A stretch of 64,000 nucleotides of DNA from Planctomycetota bacterium (lineage in GTDB: Bacteria > Planctomycetota > PLA2 > JAEUHO01), in contig CBDCWP010000021.1 of the NCBI GenBank assembly GCA_965223505.1, forward strand, positions 384,001 to 448,000, given 5' to 3'. The notes beneath the pieces are model-generated. The model did not search any database. It was not told the DNA's origin and was given only the letters and a program-made list of their open reading frames with translations. The translations under genes and the position numbers were made by a program. Positions 10,828-21,750 of this stretch are shown piece by piece (positions within the stretch are counted from its first letter, which is position 1; each line of letters begins with the position of its first letter).

Positions 10828-11000
10828 CGTCGCGGCGCAGAAGGTGGAACGCACGCTCTGTCCGTCATGTCGGAGTCCACTTCGGCCGGTTGCGCGTCCG
10901 AACTATGCGAACCGTTCGGAGACCCGCGAGTTAGGCAGGGGCGGCACGCCGGGACCCCGGCCGCCCCCCCCTACGACCCTGCCACGACGTGACTCGCTCT

Positions 11001-11534
11001 CTACTCGGCCAAGCAGAGTGTGCCCGTCCATTTGCCGCGAATCAGGTCGTTGTCTTCTCCAGGGATCGTAGCCTGCCCACCCTCGCCGTTGGCCGACCCT
11101 GTGGCTCCGGCGAAGCGCCCGGTTCCTCCGACCACGAGCATGAACAGGTCGAATCGCGGCCAGTTCTCGTCCACGACGTCGAACGCGCCCTGGATGGTTG
11201 AGAGCGCCCACAGCTCATCACCGTTCTTGTCTGTGAACGTGATCTCGGCGAAACCACGGACAATGGGCGCGCCGGTCTTCGGATCGATACCGACGATCAC
11301 ACTCAGGGTCTTGTCCACCTCGAGCCGTGCTGTGAACCTACCCAGGACGGTCGCCACACGCGACATCGCAGCGAGTTCCCTCGTCGGGTCGGGCTGCGGG
11401 ACGATGGTGCCGTGCCCGACTCCGTCGAAGCGAACTGCACCGTCACCACCGGCGTGGGACACGCTCCCACTTGCCGCTACGGCCAGACATACCGAGACAA
11501 ACACTGCACTCTTCAGGACTCTACTGACTATCAC
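11001..11534 (-). CDS. Secreted beta-rich hypothetical protein
   Basis: Signal peptide ending SHA; GGAGG RBS; VVGGTGRFAGATG motif as in dirigent/allene-oxide-cyclase-like barrels. Confidence 0.7.
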   Translation of the reverse strand: MIVSRVLKSAVFVSVCLAVAASGSVSHAGGDGAVRFDGVGHGTIVPQPDPTRELAAMSRVATVLGRFTARLEVDKTLSVIVGIDPKTGAPIVRGFAEITFTDKNGDELWALSTIQGAFDVVDENWPRFDLFMLVVGGTGRFAGATGSANGEGGQATIPGEDNDLIRGKWTGTLCLAE

Positions 11535-11683
11535 TTCATGTCCTCCAGGCAGAGCGTCGTACAGACATACGATCTGACGACGCGACGATGAAATCGTCGT
11601 GCGCGACGCAAACGGTGCTCGGCACCTGAGATCGTCGCGAGCGTTTGCGACTGAGATGCGTGGGGCGGCCCGAAACGGCTACG

Positions 11684-12089
11684 CCGACGTCCGCCCGGTA
11701 CTCGTCCAACACCCGCTCGAGAATCGCGACGTCCGATTCGAACGTCTCGGGTAGCAGCGGGCCGAACGAGAAGCGGAACCAGCTCGCGTATGGCGACACG
11801 TAGGCCGGGTCCTTGTCGTGCGGCCGCGCCATGTCGCAGTCCTTGCCCTCGAGAATCGCGGCGCCGTGCTCGAACAGGCGTCGGTTCAGCTCGCTCGTAT
11901 TCAAGCCCTCCGGCAGCTTCATCCAGTGGTAGAAGCCGCCGTCGCCGGTGAAGACCTCGAGACCCATCCGTTCGAAGGCCTCGCCGTACCGGGCGCGCTG
12001 CCTGTCGTAATGGCGCTCCACCGCCTCGCGCGCCAACGCCACGCGGCTCGGCTCCAGAAGCTCGACTGCATAGTGTTGCTACGGGTGGC
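11684..12089 (-). repeat. Direct repeat copy 1: non-coding 3' fragment of the aminotransferase gene
   Basis: 406 bp match to 22767-23172 with about 8 mismatches counted by eye. One change turns TCG into TAG, and the 5' part of the gene is absent. Confidence 0.95.
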
Positions 12090-12090
12090 C

Positions 12091-14286
12091 TCATGTGGCT
12101 TGCGTGCGCAGCCGTAGGGCGTTGGCGATCACGGAGACGGAACTGAAGCTCATGGCTGCCGCCGCGATCATGGGGCTGAGGAGGATCCCGAACACGGGGT
12201 AGAGGACTCCCGCCGCGATCGGAACTCCCAGCGCGTTGTAGGCGAACGCGAAGAAGAGGTTCTGCTTGATGTTCCGCATCGTGGCGGAGCTCAGTCGTCT
12301 CGCGCGGACGATGCCGCGGAGGTCACCCTTGACGAGCGTGACGCCGGCGCTCTCCATTGCCACGTCCGTCCCCGTACCCATGGCGATCCCGACGTCGGCC
12401 GCGGCCAGCGCCGGCGCGTCGTTGATGCCGTCGCCCGCCATCGCGACGGTGGCTCCGCTGCGCTGGAGCTCCCGGACGGCGTTCACCTTGTCCTCGGGGA
12501 GCACCTCTGCCAGGACCTCGTCGAGCCCTAGCTTCGCGGCCACGGCCTCCGCCGTCTTGCGGCTGTCCCCCGTCAGCATCACGATGCGCAGCCGCTCGGC
12601 GTGAAGGCTCTGGATCGCCTCCGGCGTGGTCTCCTTGATGGGGTCGGCGACCGCAAGCACGCCCGCCGGTTTCCTATCCACGGCCGCGAGCATCACCGTC
12701 TGCCCGCTGGCGCGCATCTCGTCTGCCCGCTCGGCCATGGCCACGGAGTCCACGCCCAGGTCGTCCATCAGCTTGCGATTGCCGAGAGCGACCTCGGAGC
12801 CGGCCACGGTACCGATGACACCGCGCCCGGTCTTCGACTCGAAGCCATCGACGGCGAGGACCTCGATTGCCCTGTCCTCGGCGCCGCGAACGATGGCCTC
12901 GGCCAGGGGGTGCTCGCTCCCCCGTTCCAGGCTGGCGGCGAGTTGGAGGAGCCGTTCCTCGGGTACATCGGACATGGGGTCGACGCCGACGAGGGCGGGG
13001 CGCCCTTCCGTGAGCGTGCCCGTCTTGTCCACCACGAGGGTGTCAACCGTTCGCAGGGTCTCCACCGCCTCGGCGTTCTTGAACAGGACGCCCGCCATCG
13101 CGCCGCGCCCCGTGGCGACCATGATCGACATCGGCGTCGCGAGTCCCAGTGCGCACGGACAGGCGATGATGAGGACGGCGACGGCATTCACGATCGCGTG
13201 GGCCATCCGTGGCTCCGGGCCTACGAGCGACCAGACGACGAAGGTGATCACGGCGACGACGAGTACAGCCGGCACGAAATAGCCGGCGACAATGTCAGCC
13301 AGCTTCTGGATCGGGGCGCGGCTGCGCTGGGCCTCGCCCACCATGTGGACGATCTGCGAGAGCATCGTCTCCGCGCCCACGCGCTCGGCGCGCATCACCA
13401 GCGAACCAGTCCCGTTCACCGTGGCGCCGATGAGCGGGTCTCCGGGCGCTTTGGCAATGGCGATCGACTCGCCCGTCACCATCGACTCGTCCACGGCGCT
13501 GCGGCCATCCTCCACGACGCCGTCCACGGGTACCTTCTCGCCAGGACGGACGCGCAACCGGTCGCCAACCTGGACGTGCTCCAGGGGCACATCGGCCTCG
13601 GTTCCATCGGCCTCGATGCGTCGGGCGGTCTTGGGAGCGAGACCCAGCAGCGCCCTGATCGCAGCGCCAGTCTGGCTCCGCGCGCGCAGCTCGAGCACCT
13701 GTCCCAGGAGGACGAGCGTGACGATCACCGCCGCCGCCTCGAAGTAGACCGCGACGGTCCCGTCTTCTGATCGGAAGGACTCCGGGAAGATCCCCGGTAG
13801 GGCCGTCGCGACGAGGCTGTACGCATACGCGACACCGACGCCCAGCGCGATGAGTGTGAACATGTTGAGGTGGCGCGTTCGCACCGATTGCCAGCCACGC
13901 AGGAAGAAGGGCGCGGCGCCCCAGAGGATCACCGGCGTCGTCAGGACCAACGAGATCCAGGCGACCGTCTGTGCGGAGAAGAGGCCCTCAAATGGGCGGC
14001 CCGGAATGAGATCGCCCATCGCCAGGAGGAACACCGGCACCGTGAGGATGGCGCTCACCCAGAATCGGCGCTGCATGTCGTGCAGCTCGTGGTCAGCCGC
14101 CTCGTCGTCGGCTCCGCCGATGAGCTCGAGGGCCATGCCACAGATCGGGCAGATCCCCGGACCCTCCTCCTGGATCTCTGGATGCATGGGGCAGGTCCAG
14201 ACACCACCCGCTGCCTGCGGGGACGGCTGCGGGATCTGCACGCGGTTCTCGTCGTGGCAACAGTCGTGTTCGTGTGACTCAGCCAC
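12091..14286 (-). CDS. copA: Copper-translocating P1B-type ATPase
   Basis: WTCPMHP...CPICGM metal-binding domain, [38 protein letters not shown] and MSFSS. Confidence 0.96.
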   Translation of the reverse strand: MAESHEHDCCHDENRVQIPQPSPQAAGGVWTCPMHPEIQEEGPGICPICGMALELIGGADDEAADHELHDMQRRFWVSAILTVPVFLLAMGDLIPGRPFEGLFSAQTVAWISLVLTTPVILWGAAPFFLRGWQSVRTRHLNMFTLIALGVGVAYAYSLVATALPGIFPESFRSEDGTVAVYFEAAAVIVTLVLLGQVLELRARSQTGAAIRALLGLAPKTARRIEADGTEADVPLEHVQVGDRLRVRPGEKVPVDGVVEDGRSAVDESMVTGESIAIAKAPGDPLIGATVNGTGSLVMRAERVGAETMLSQIVHMVGEAQRSRAPIQKLADIVAGYFVPAVLVVAVITFVVWSLVGPEPRMAHAIVNAVAVLIIACPCALGLATPMSIMVATGRGAMAGVLFKNAEAVETLRTVDTLVVDKTGTLTEGRPALVGVDPMSDVPEERLLQLAASLERGSEHPLAEAIVRGAEDRAIEVLAVDGFESKTGRGVIGTVAGSEVALGNRKLMDDLGVDSVAMAERADEMRASGQTVMLAAVDRKPAGVLAVADPIKETTPEAIQSLHAERLRIVMLTGDSRKTAEAVAAKLGLDEVLAEVLPEDKVNAVRELQRSGATVAMAGDGINDAPALAAADVGIAMGTGTDVAMESAGVTLVKGDLRGIVRARRLSSATMRNIKQNLFFAFAYNALGVPIAAGVLYPVFGILLSPMIAAAAMSFSSVSVIANALRLRTQAT

Positions 14287-14439
14287 GCGACACTCCGATC
14301 GACCCCTTGCGGATCAACAGGGGAGGAAGATGGGAGTGCCGGTGCGGCCAATCCGCGCCGCGGTAGACAACCGCGGACCCGAACCGCAACCCGGAGGCGA
14401 TACACACCGCTCCGACGCCGGCACTCGCCCAAGTCGAAC

Positions 14440-15939
14440 TCACTTCTTCGCCTCCGTAACCGGGCGCCCAACCGCGCCCTCGAGACGGGCCTTCGACGCG
14501 TGGATGTCCCGCACGGCTCGATCGGCCTCGAGCTGGAACCGCAGCCAGCGCCGCAGCGAGTCCACGACGTTCAGGAACTCGACGCGATCCGCCGCGTAGC
14601 CTGCCGCGGCATCCCGGTACGCCTGCTCCGCCTGGGAGAGTTGCACATCGCGGTAGAGCTTGTAGAGCCGTTGCGCCGTCTCGAGTTCGGCGAGAGAGCT
14701 CTGCACGGCGAAGGCGGTCTTGTTCCGTGCGGCCTCCGCACGCGCCTCCGCCGCGCGGGAGGACTCCCGCGCCTCCCTGAGGTACGCTTCCTTGGTCCCG
14801 AACCAGGGATCGGGCTTGATCTTCGGGCGCGTACTGAACGGCTCACGCTCCTTGTCGCTTCCGCCCGTGGCGTGTGACGGATCCTCCATCGTGCTGAGTC
14901 CCGGAGAGAGCGGCGGGTAGGCGGTCTGCTCCGCCAACTCGATCATTGTCTGCATGCGGCGCACCCGAGCCTCTGCGACCTGAACGTCGGGCTGGCTATT
15001 CAGGGCCTTCCCGCGCAGCCGGCTCGGCTCCACCGGCAAGCCGGGAACTGCCGTCGGTGACGGCGGCCCGACCCGGGTGGTGGGGGGGACATCCAGCAGG
15101 CGTGCCATGTCAGCCTGGATCACTTCGCGATCCTGACGAAGCGTGACCAACTTGTTCCTTAGGTTCGAGACCTCGACCTGGACCTGGATGACGGCACCCT
15201 TGCTGCCTGTGCCCGCCTCGAGCTTGCTGCGGGCGGCATCCTCGAGCTGGCCGAGGTACTTGAGCGTGGCCTCCGAGATCCGAATGGCACGGCCGACGAA
15301 CACGTACCTCGCGAACAGGACACGCGCGTTGACGACTACATCGCGCACGGTGCCTGCGTGACGAGCCTGCGCCTCCTCGATGGAGTGCTTTACGAGTGCG
15401 GCCTTGAGCTCCAGGGAGCCGGGGAACGGGAACTTCTCGTCCATGCGCTCACCCGAGAGCGGCATGCCGACCCGCGTGTGCGACGAGCGCTGGAACGAGG
15501 CGTACTGACTCAGGATCGTGTCCAGGTACGTGACCTGGGCGTACTGGTTGACCGCGGCACGTAGCGTCAGGAAGGAGGCCCGGATCCGAGGGTTGCGTTC
15601 AAACGCCGACACCACGAGCTGACGCTCCGAGATGCCCTTGGCGAGGCTCGTCGCGAACTCGTCGCCGGCCGCAGCCCGCTGGAGAACCTCATCTTCTTCC
15701 GTGAGGTCCACGATCAGGGGGAGGCTCCCCGGCTGGGCGAGGCGCTCGTTCCACTCGTCCACGATCGCCTTCGTCTTGGCCTCGAACTCGGAGAGCTCGA
15801 GGTCCTTCGCCGCTGCGTCCGCCGCTACGGACTCGGCGGCCGCGACATGGGCGTCCACCCCCGTGGCGGTCGGAGCGATCCGGCCCGTCTGGCAGGCGGG
15901 TACCAGGAGGATCACTGCGAGAAGTGTCAGGCGTCTCAT
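14440..15939 (-). CDS. TolC-family outer-membrane efflux lipoprotein
   Basis: Lipobox VPAC; PFPGSLELK motif; coiled-coil OEP repeats; ends ARLEGAVG. Confidence 0.85.
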   Translation of the reverse strand: MRRLTLLAVILLVPACQTGRIAPTATGVDAHVAAAESVAADAAAKDLELSEFEAKTKAIVDEWNERLAQPGSLPLIVDLTEEDEVLQRAAAGDEFATSLAKGISERQLVVSAFERNPRIRASFLTLRAAVNQYAQVTYLDTILSQYASFQRSSHTRVGMPLSGERMDEKFPFPGSLELKAALVKHSIEEAQARHAGTVRDVVVNARVLFARYVFVGRAIRISEATLKYLGQLEDAARSKLEAGTGSKGAVIQVQVEVSNLRNKLVTLRQDREVIQADMARLLDVPPTTRVGPPSPTAVPGLPVEPSRLRGKALNSQPDVQVAEARVRRMQTMIELAEQTAYPPLSPGLSTMEDPSHATGGSDKEREPFSTRPKIKPDPWFGTKEAYLREARESSRAAEARAEAARNKTAFAVQSSLAELETAQRLYKLYRDVQLSQAEQAYRDAAAGYAADRVEFLNVVDSLRRWLRFQLEADRAVRDIHASKARLEGAVGRPVTEAKK

Positions 15940-17381
15940 TTCTTGTCCTCCCCGGTGCGTAGGTGACCAAGGCTGATGCCCACGAGCTGTTCGAGGCGGG
16001 CGACCATTTGCTCGTAGTCCACGAGGGCGCGCTGCGAGGCGAGTTGGAAGTTCAGCCAGACCATGCGCGCTTCGAGCAGGCGGCCGTAGGTGTCCCGGCC
16101 CGTGTCATGCCACTGCTCGGCGATCTTCAGTGCCTGCTCGGCCTGCGGGATCAGCGAGCCGTCGTACAGGCGGATGAGCCGGTCCGCGTTCTGGAGCCGG
16201 AAGTAGACCTTGCTGATGCGCGCCATCACGTCGTCGGTCGCGGCGCGCTTCTCGTGCCGGGCGGCACGTTCCAGGTAGCACGCCTCCGCTCGCTTCGCGC
16301 GGTTCTTATGACCCCAGATCGGCAGGGTGAAGCCCAGACGAAGTCCCACCGCGTCGTCGCCACTACCCGACACCGGGCCGGCCGCGTCGCCGATGAACGA
16401 GTACTGCACGCCGATCGAGAAGTCCGGCACCTGACTCAGGCGCGCCAGCCTCGTTGCGTGCTGCGCCCCGCGGATCTTGTGGACCGCTGCCTGGATCTCC
16501 TGCCGCCGGGCGCGCGCGATGCGGAACAAGTCCTCCTGGCCGGCCGAGAGCGGCCTGAAGGCGAGCGGGCGCGGCTTGCCCACGGCCCACTCGGGGCGGC
16601 GGGACAGCAAGGAGTTGATCTTCACCTTCTCGGCCTCGAGGAGCTCCTCCAACGTGATCTTGTCGTAGGCCAACTGCGCCAGCGAGGACTGGGCCTTCAA
16701 CGTGTCGAACAGCGTGAGGGTGTCCTGCTGCTCGCCGCCCTGCCTCGCGTACGCCGCCGCGGCCTTCTCGGAGAGAAGCGTCGCGAGCTTCTGGTTCTGC
16801 TCGACGATCGCGATGGCGCGATGCAGGTAGACGAGCTCCGCGTAGCTCACCTTCACCTCGGCGACCACGTCCCGCAGCGCGATGTGGTACTCGAGCTCCT
16901 TCACGCGGGCATGCTCTGTCGCGACGGCGCCGGCAGCGGAGAGCTTCCCCGGGAATGGAATCGGCTGCATGAGCTGCACCGAGCGTTCGAGCGGCCCGAC
17001 GCGGGTCTGGATCGGCTCGATCATCTCCGTGTAGGTCAGCATGGGATCCGGTAGGGCGCGCGCCTGCGTCGGTCGCTCTCGCGCCGCGAGCCATCGACTC
17101 CGGGCGGCTCCCAGTCGGGTGTTGTGCTTCGCGGCCATGCGGATGAGCTCCGCGAGGTCGAGCGCCGTGCCATCGCTCGCTGGGCGCGGCACGGTTGGCG
17201 TCGTTGCGGTCGGCTGGGCGACATTCGCTGGCGCCGGAGAGCCGTGCTGTCCGCTCACGCTCGCCGTGGGTGGCGGTGGGGGTGTGACGGGAGCCAGCGC
17301 CCCCACGCTGGTCTGGCACCCGGTGAGTACCAGCAGCGCGAGAAGCGCCCAGATCCGAGTTCGGGCTTTGGTGAAGCTCAT
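15936..17381 (-). CDS. TolC-family outer-membrane efflux lipoprotein
   Basis: Start moved to MSFTKAR (17381); lipobox LTGC; ALPDPML and QPIPFPGKL motifs; ends ARLEQLVG. Confidence 0.88.
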   Translation of the reverse strand: MSFTKARTRIWALLALLVLTGCQTSVGALAPVTPPPPPTASVSGQHGSPAPANVAQPTATTPTVPRPASDGTALDLAELIRMAAKHNTRLGAARSRWLAARERPTQARALPDPMLTYTEMIEPIQTRVGPLERSVQLMQPIPFPGKLSAAGAVATEHARVKELEYHIALRDVVAEVKVSYAELVYLHRAIAIVEQNQKLATLLSEKAAAAYARQGGEQQDTLTLFDTLKAQSSLAQLAYDKITLEELLEAEKVKINSLLSRRPEWAVGKPRPLAFRPLSAGQEDLFRIARARRQEIQAAVHKIRGAQHATRLARLSQVPDFSIGVQYSFIGDAAGPVSGSGDDAVGLRLGFTLPIWGHKNRAKRAEACYLERAARHEKRAATDDVMARISKVYFRLQNADRLIRLYDGSLIPQAEQALKIAEQWHDTGRDTYGRLLEARMVWLNFQLASQRALVDYEQMVARLEQLVGISLGHLRTGEDKK

Positions 17382-17424
17382 GTGCTGGCACTCCCTCGAG
17401 CCGCGACTGTTTCTTGAGTTGCGG

Positions 17425-18189
17425 TCAGCGCTTCGGTGGCGTGTAGCCGTAGGCGACGGGCTCCGCGCGCATGCGCCGCATGTACTTCTCCGGATCCTTG
17501 TTGAATTTGGCGATGCACGGCGGACAGCAGAAGCCGATCGTCTGACCCTGGTAGGTGACGGTGCCGCCCTTCGCAACCACGAGCTTGCCCATGACGGGGC
17601 ACTTGCCGTTCGCCGTACCGTGCGTGGTCCGGGCCACGCGCATCTGGGCGTTGGTCGGTCCCGGGCGGTCGTAGGCCCACGCAAGCGGATCGGCCCGCAG
17701 CGCCTTCATGTACTTCTCGGGGTTCTTGACGAATTTCCCACGGCATCCTGGGCAGCAGAACCCGATGTTCTGTCCGCTGTACATCGTCGCACCGCCGCGC
17801 GCGATGATGGCCTTGCCCGTCAGGGGGCACCCGCCATTCGCGCACCGGAACGCGGCCTTCGCCTTCCGCATGTCGGCGACGGACGTGGTCTTCGTGACGT
17901 ACCAATATTTCGGCGGGTTCAGGCGCAGCCGGTCCATGTAGCGCGTGGGATCGGCTTCGAACGCGGCGGCAGCGTCCCTGTGCGAGAACCCGATCTTCTC
18001 GCCCTTGTAGGTGGCCGTGCCGGCGTCCGCGACGACAAGTAGCCGGTTGACGGGGCACAGCCCGTTCACGGTGCCTGCCTTTTTCGCCGCCGCCTGGAGC
18101 TGTTCGCGTGTCGGGGCCTCGCCCCAGGCGGGACCGGTCGCCAGCAGAAGTAGCGCGACAGAAAGTGTGCTGATCAGGGGTACTCGCAT
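17425..18189 (-). CDS. Secreted protein with three YHS/TRASH-like metal-binding repeats
   Basis: Signal peptide ending AWG; three repeats N G.CP(V/L)...Y.G..IGF(CCPxC)..KF..(D/N)P.KY. The first repeat lacks the CCxxC. Confidence 0.85.
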   Translation of the reverse strand: MRVPLISTLSVALLLLATGPAWGEAPTREQLQAAAKKAGTVNGLCPVNRLLVVADAGTATYKGEKIGFSHRDAAAAFEADPTRYMDRLRLNPPKYWYVTKTTSVADMRKAKAAFRCANGGCPLTGKAIIARGGATMYSGQNIGFCCPGCRGKFVKNPEKYMKALRADPLAWAYDRPGPTNAQMRVARTTHGTANGKCPVMGKLVVAKGGTVTYQGQTIGFCCPPCIAKFNKDPEKYMRRMRAEPVAYGYTPPKR

Positions 18190-18206
18190 GGTGTGCGTTC
18201 CTTCCA

Positions 18207-19787
18207 TCAGGATTCGTCTTCGGTGTGGGCCTCGGCCGGCGCGGCTTTGGCCTTGGTCTTGGAGATCGATCGCAGGATTCGGCGTTCTTCGATCGCGGAG
18301 TAGGCCATCGGCACCACGAACCACGTGATCGCGGCGACGATCATTCCCCCGATGGACGGCAGCGCCATCGGGCGCATGACGTCGCTCCCCCTGCCTTCGG
18401 TGAGGAAGATGGGGATCAGTGCGAGGATCGTGGTGACGCTCGTCATGAGCGCAGGGCGAATGCGCTTGCGGCCCGCCTCGAGCACGGCCGCGCGAACGCC
18501 CTCGACCGTGGTCGGCTTGCGTCTGCGGATGACCTGCTGGATGTAGGTGCCGATCACGATCCCGTCGTCGGCTGCGATGCCGAACACCGCGATGAACCCG
18601 ACCCACACGGCCACCGTGAGGTAGGCGCCATAGAAGTCGAGCAGGATGAACCCGCCGGAGAGCGCGACCGGAATGCCCAGAAACACGATCAGCGACGGCC
18701 CGAGCCGCCCGAAGTGGAGGAAATGCAGGAGCAGGTTCGCCAGCAGGCACAACGGAATCAGGATCGACAGCCGTTTCGCGGCCCGTACCTGATTCTGGTA
18801 CCGACCGCGCCAATCCCAGTAGACGCCGTTCGGAATCTCGATGTCGCCGCGCGCGACCATCTCCTGGAGGTGCTTGTCGGCCTCCTCGACGAGGCCGACC
18901 TCGTCTCGCCCTTGCGCGTTGAACATGACGTAGCCGACGAGCTGGCCGCCTTCTCCACGGATCATGGCCGGTCCAGCTGTGACCTCGAAGTCGGCAACGG
19001 CGGACAGGGGCACGTAGGCCCCCTTGCCCACGGGCACCGGCGTGCTGCGAATGACATCGATGTCTTCGCGCCATGCGCGCGCGTAACGCACGCGGATCGG
19101 ATACCGCTCGCGCCCCTCGACGCTGCGGGACTGCGGCATGCCGCCCAGGGCGACTTCGATGATGCGTTGCACGTCCTCGACCCGCAGGCCGTAGCGAGCC
19201 ATGCGGTGCCGGTTCGGCTTGACTTCGAGGTACGGCTTGCCCATCAGCCGCAACGCGGTGACGTCCGAGGCGCCCTTGACGTGCTTCACCACCTCGAACA
19301 GCACCGTTGCGCCGAGCGCAACTGGAAGTAGCACTTCTGCCAAGACGGGGAACTGCTGCGCTGCCGTCAAGGTCAGAGCGATGGCGACACCCGCCTGCGG
19401 AAGCAGCGAAGTCCCCATCCACATGCGAACGACAGGGGATGCCTTGGCTCTCGCGGTACCGAGCGCTGCACCTGCGATTCGCCCCAGCGTTCGCAGGAGG
19501 ACGTAGCCCAGTCCGAGCCACCCCACGGCGGCAAGTGCGTCGAGTTGGAGAGAAGCACCGGACAGGACGAAGAAGAGGATCATGAAGGGCCACTCGATGC
19601 CCTCGATGGTGTGGAACGGGCGCTCGTGGTGCCGAGCCACGTTGGCGACCGTGGCTCCCATGACCACGGCGGCCAGCAGGTACGAGACATGGAGCCACAG
19701 CGCGAGGCCGCCGCACAGAAACACGAAGCCGATGGCCTCGGCCTGCGTCGGCTCGCCCTTGCGTACACGGCCAGCCAGGAAGGCCAT
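18207..19787 (-). pseudogene. In-frame chimera: cation:proton antiporter fragment fused to the C-terminal third of a CusA/CzcA RND permease
   Basis: N part has ILFFVLSGASL and LLPQAGVAIAL (CPA antiporter). C part has ARYGL, VEGRERYPIRVRY, AVWVGFIAVFGIA and RIRPALMT (CusA). Junction near 19287-19295. Confidence 0.85.
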
Positions 19788-20015
19788 CGGGATGCCGAGG
19801 CGATCTTCGAGGATTGAGGTCGGGCTCTCGTCGATCGACCGGCTTCGGGGCCGGTCTCCTGCCGGGGCGGCCCTGCCACCTTCGTGGCGGACTCGTTCCT
19901 GATTCCGTCGTCGTGACGCGGCAATACGCCTCTGGAGGCTGACGATGTCGACATCCGACCTCGACTTGGCGGGGTAGAGTCGGTTGGTCCGGGCCGATGC
20001 CCGGCTTGGGGAGAG

Positions 20016-20750
20016 ATGTCGAGATCGCGTGCCAGGGTGTGGGAGGGCGTGAAGGCGCTTCTGGTCGTAGGGATCTGGATCCCCCTGTTTGCGACCGTGC
20101 CGATGATCCTCGGCGGTTCACTCTGGAAGCGCTTCGGGTTCGAGTCGGATCTTCCGCTGCGTCACATGACGCAGGCCGCCCCTTGCGGCCTGGTCGTGGT
20201 CGCGATCATCGTGGCGACGGGTCGGAGCAGACTCTTCAAGCCCGTCCGTCCGTCCCGCCCGTGGGTCTTCTTGCTCTTCGCTCCCCTCATGGCCGTGAAC
20301 GTCGTTCGCGGCCCCTTCGTGGACGCCAGCGCGGCCTTCTTCGTGGCCGCCGCGGCCGACTGCCTGCTCATCGGTTTCTGGGAGGAGTTCGCCTTCCGCG
20401 GACTCGTGCAGGAGCGCCTCCGGGTTCTGGGTCCGCGTCTCGGACTGCTGACTACGGCGGTCCTCTTCGGGCTGATCCACGCAAACGAGGGCGCGCTCCC
20501 AGTGCTCATCGCGTTCGGGATCGGTCTCGCATTCTCCGTGGCGCGTGACGACATCGGAATGTGGCCGCTCGTCTTGATCCACGCGACGATCGACTTCATG
20601 AGCGACATCTTCGTCAGTGAGTGGGAGCACCAATTCAGAGTCGGGGCAGCCCTCGTGGCGATCTACGGGCTGTTCGCGTTGGTCGTGCTCATGCGCCGAC
20701 GACCGAAGTCGCCTGAGCCCCTGCCTGCGGGAGGGCCCGAAGCCAACTAG
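20016..20750 (+). CDS. CPBP (CAAX/Abi) intramembrane glutamic endopeptidase
   Basis: EEFAFRG, LFGLIH and HATID motifs; multiple TM helices. Confidence 0.9.
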   Translation: MSRSRARVWEGVKALLVVGIWIPLFATVPMILGGSLWKRFGFESDLPLRHMTQAAPCGLVVVAIIVATGRSRLFKPVRPSRPWVFLLFAPLMAVNVVRGPFVDASAAFFVAAAADCLLIGFWEEFAFRGLVQERLRVLGPRLGLLTTAVLFGLIHANEGALPVLIAFGIGLAFSVARDDIGMWPLVLIHATIDFMSDIFVSEWEHQFRVGAALVAIYGLFALVVLMRRRPKSPEPLPAGGPEAN

Positions 20751-20779
20751 CGCCACAGACGCTCCACCCGTGCCGAATC

Positions 20780-20860
20780 ATGACCGAGTGGTCGGAAGCA
20801 CCGCTCGTGCCACCGACGAGGGTCAAACCTACCCGAGGGTTCGAATCCCTCTCCCTCCGC
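20780..20860 (+). pseudogene. Degenerate tRNA-Ser-like remnant
   Basis: D-arm-like GACCGAGTGGTC, long variable arm, intact T-arm GAGGGTTCGAATCCCTC and 3' acceptor strand TCCCTCCG. The 5' acceptor strand and anticodon stem do not pair. Confidence 0.75.
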
Positions 20861-20921
20861 AGCTTCACAGCCGCGAGAGGCAGGTACCTTGTTCGGGTCT
20901 TGGCACCTGGGAGTTGGGCCC

Positions 20922-21335
20922 ATGCGCATCCGCCTCGAGAGCGTCCCCGTCACGGATCAGGACCACGCGCTGCGCTTCTACACGGAGAAGCTCGGATTCG
21001 TGAAGAAGCAGGACATCCCGATGGGCGAGGGAACCCGGTTCCTCACCGTGGTGTCGCCCGACGAGCCGGACGCCTGCGAGCTCATGCTGGAGCCCAATGG
21101 CGAGCATCCGGCCACAAGGGTGTACAAGCAGGCTCTCTATGCCGAGGGGATCCCCGTGACGGCATTCCTCGTGGACGACTGCCAGGCGGAGTACGAGCGG
21201 CTCTTGGGGCTGGGTGTCGAGTTCAAGGGTGAGCCCGTGGACGCCGGCGCGGCCCTCATGGCGACCCTGGACGACACCTGTGGCAACCTGATCATGATCT
21301 ACGAGGAGAAGGCGGGCGACGCCGCATCGGCGTAG
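20922..21335 (+). CDS. VOC/glyoxalase family protein
   Basis: VPVTDQDHALRFYTEKLGF ... DDTCGNLIMI. Confidence 0.92.
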   Translation: MRIRLESVPVTDQDHALRFYTEKLGFVKKQDIPMGEGTRFLTVVSPDEPDACELMLEPNGEHPATRVYKQALYAEGIPVTAFLVDDCQAEYERLLGLGVEFKGEPVDAGAALMATLDDTCGNLIMIYEEKAGDAASA

Positions 21336-21750
21336 GGTACAGGCTCGACCGACTCAAGAAGGAGATGTTCTTGACGGGCGCAGCGGATCGGCGAGATCGA
21401 CTGGGCGTTCGCGGTGGAGTACGGCACTAGGCCAGAGACGCTCGCCTAGCACTCCGTCTGTCGGGGTCCACGTCACCGCATCACCCCTGCCGCGGCTATG
21501 GCAACAACCACGATCCAGAATGTGCGCAAGTCGTGCTCCGCCGGGGCGATGAGCGCCCGCTATCGTTCACACCGCGCATGATAGAGGCGGGTCGCGAATC
21601 GTTGGCGTGGATGGCGCGCTTGCGAAGACATCCGGTGCGGACCGTCCGAATGTCGTAGCAACTCAACGCACTTCGTACCTCGTTGCGGGTTGCGCGGGCG
21701 GGTTGGGCGGTGAGACAATCATGTCATAGGTCGCATTTGGAGGTGATTCA

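Noticed and set aside
11536..12042. Independent 168-aa aminotransferase gene
   Set aside because: It is the duplicated 3' fragment, lacks the PLP lysine and has an upstream nonsense change.
17425..20121. 898-aa ORF
   Set aside because: Only the last ~255 codons are protein-like. The rest is an off-frame shadow of the antiporter/cusA chimera.
20780..20860. Functional tRNA or tRNA-Sec (selC)
   Set aside because: There is no TCA anticodon, no paired acceptor or anticodon stem and no CCA end.
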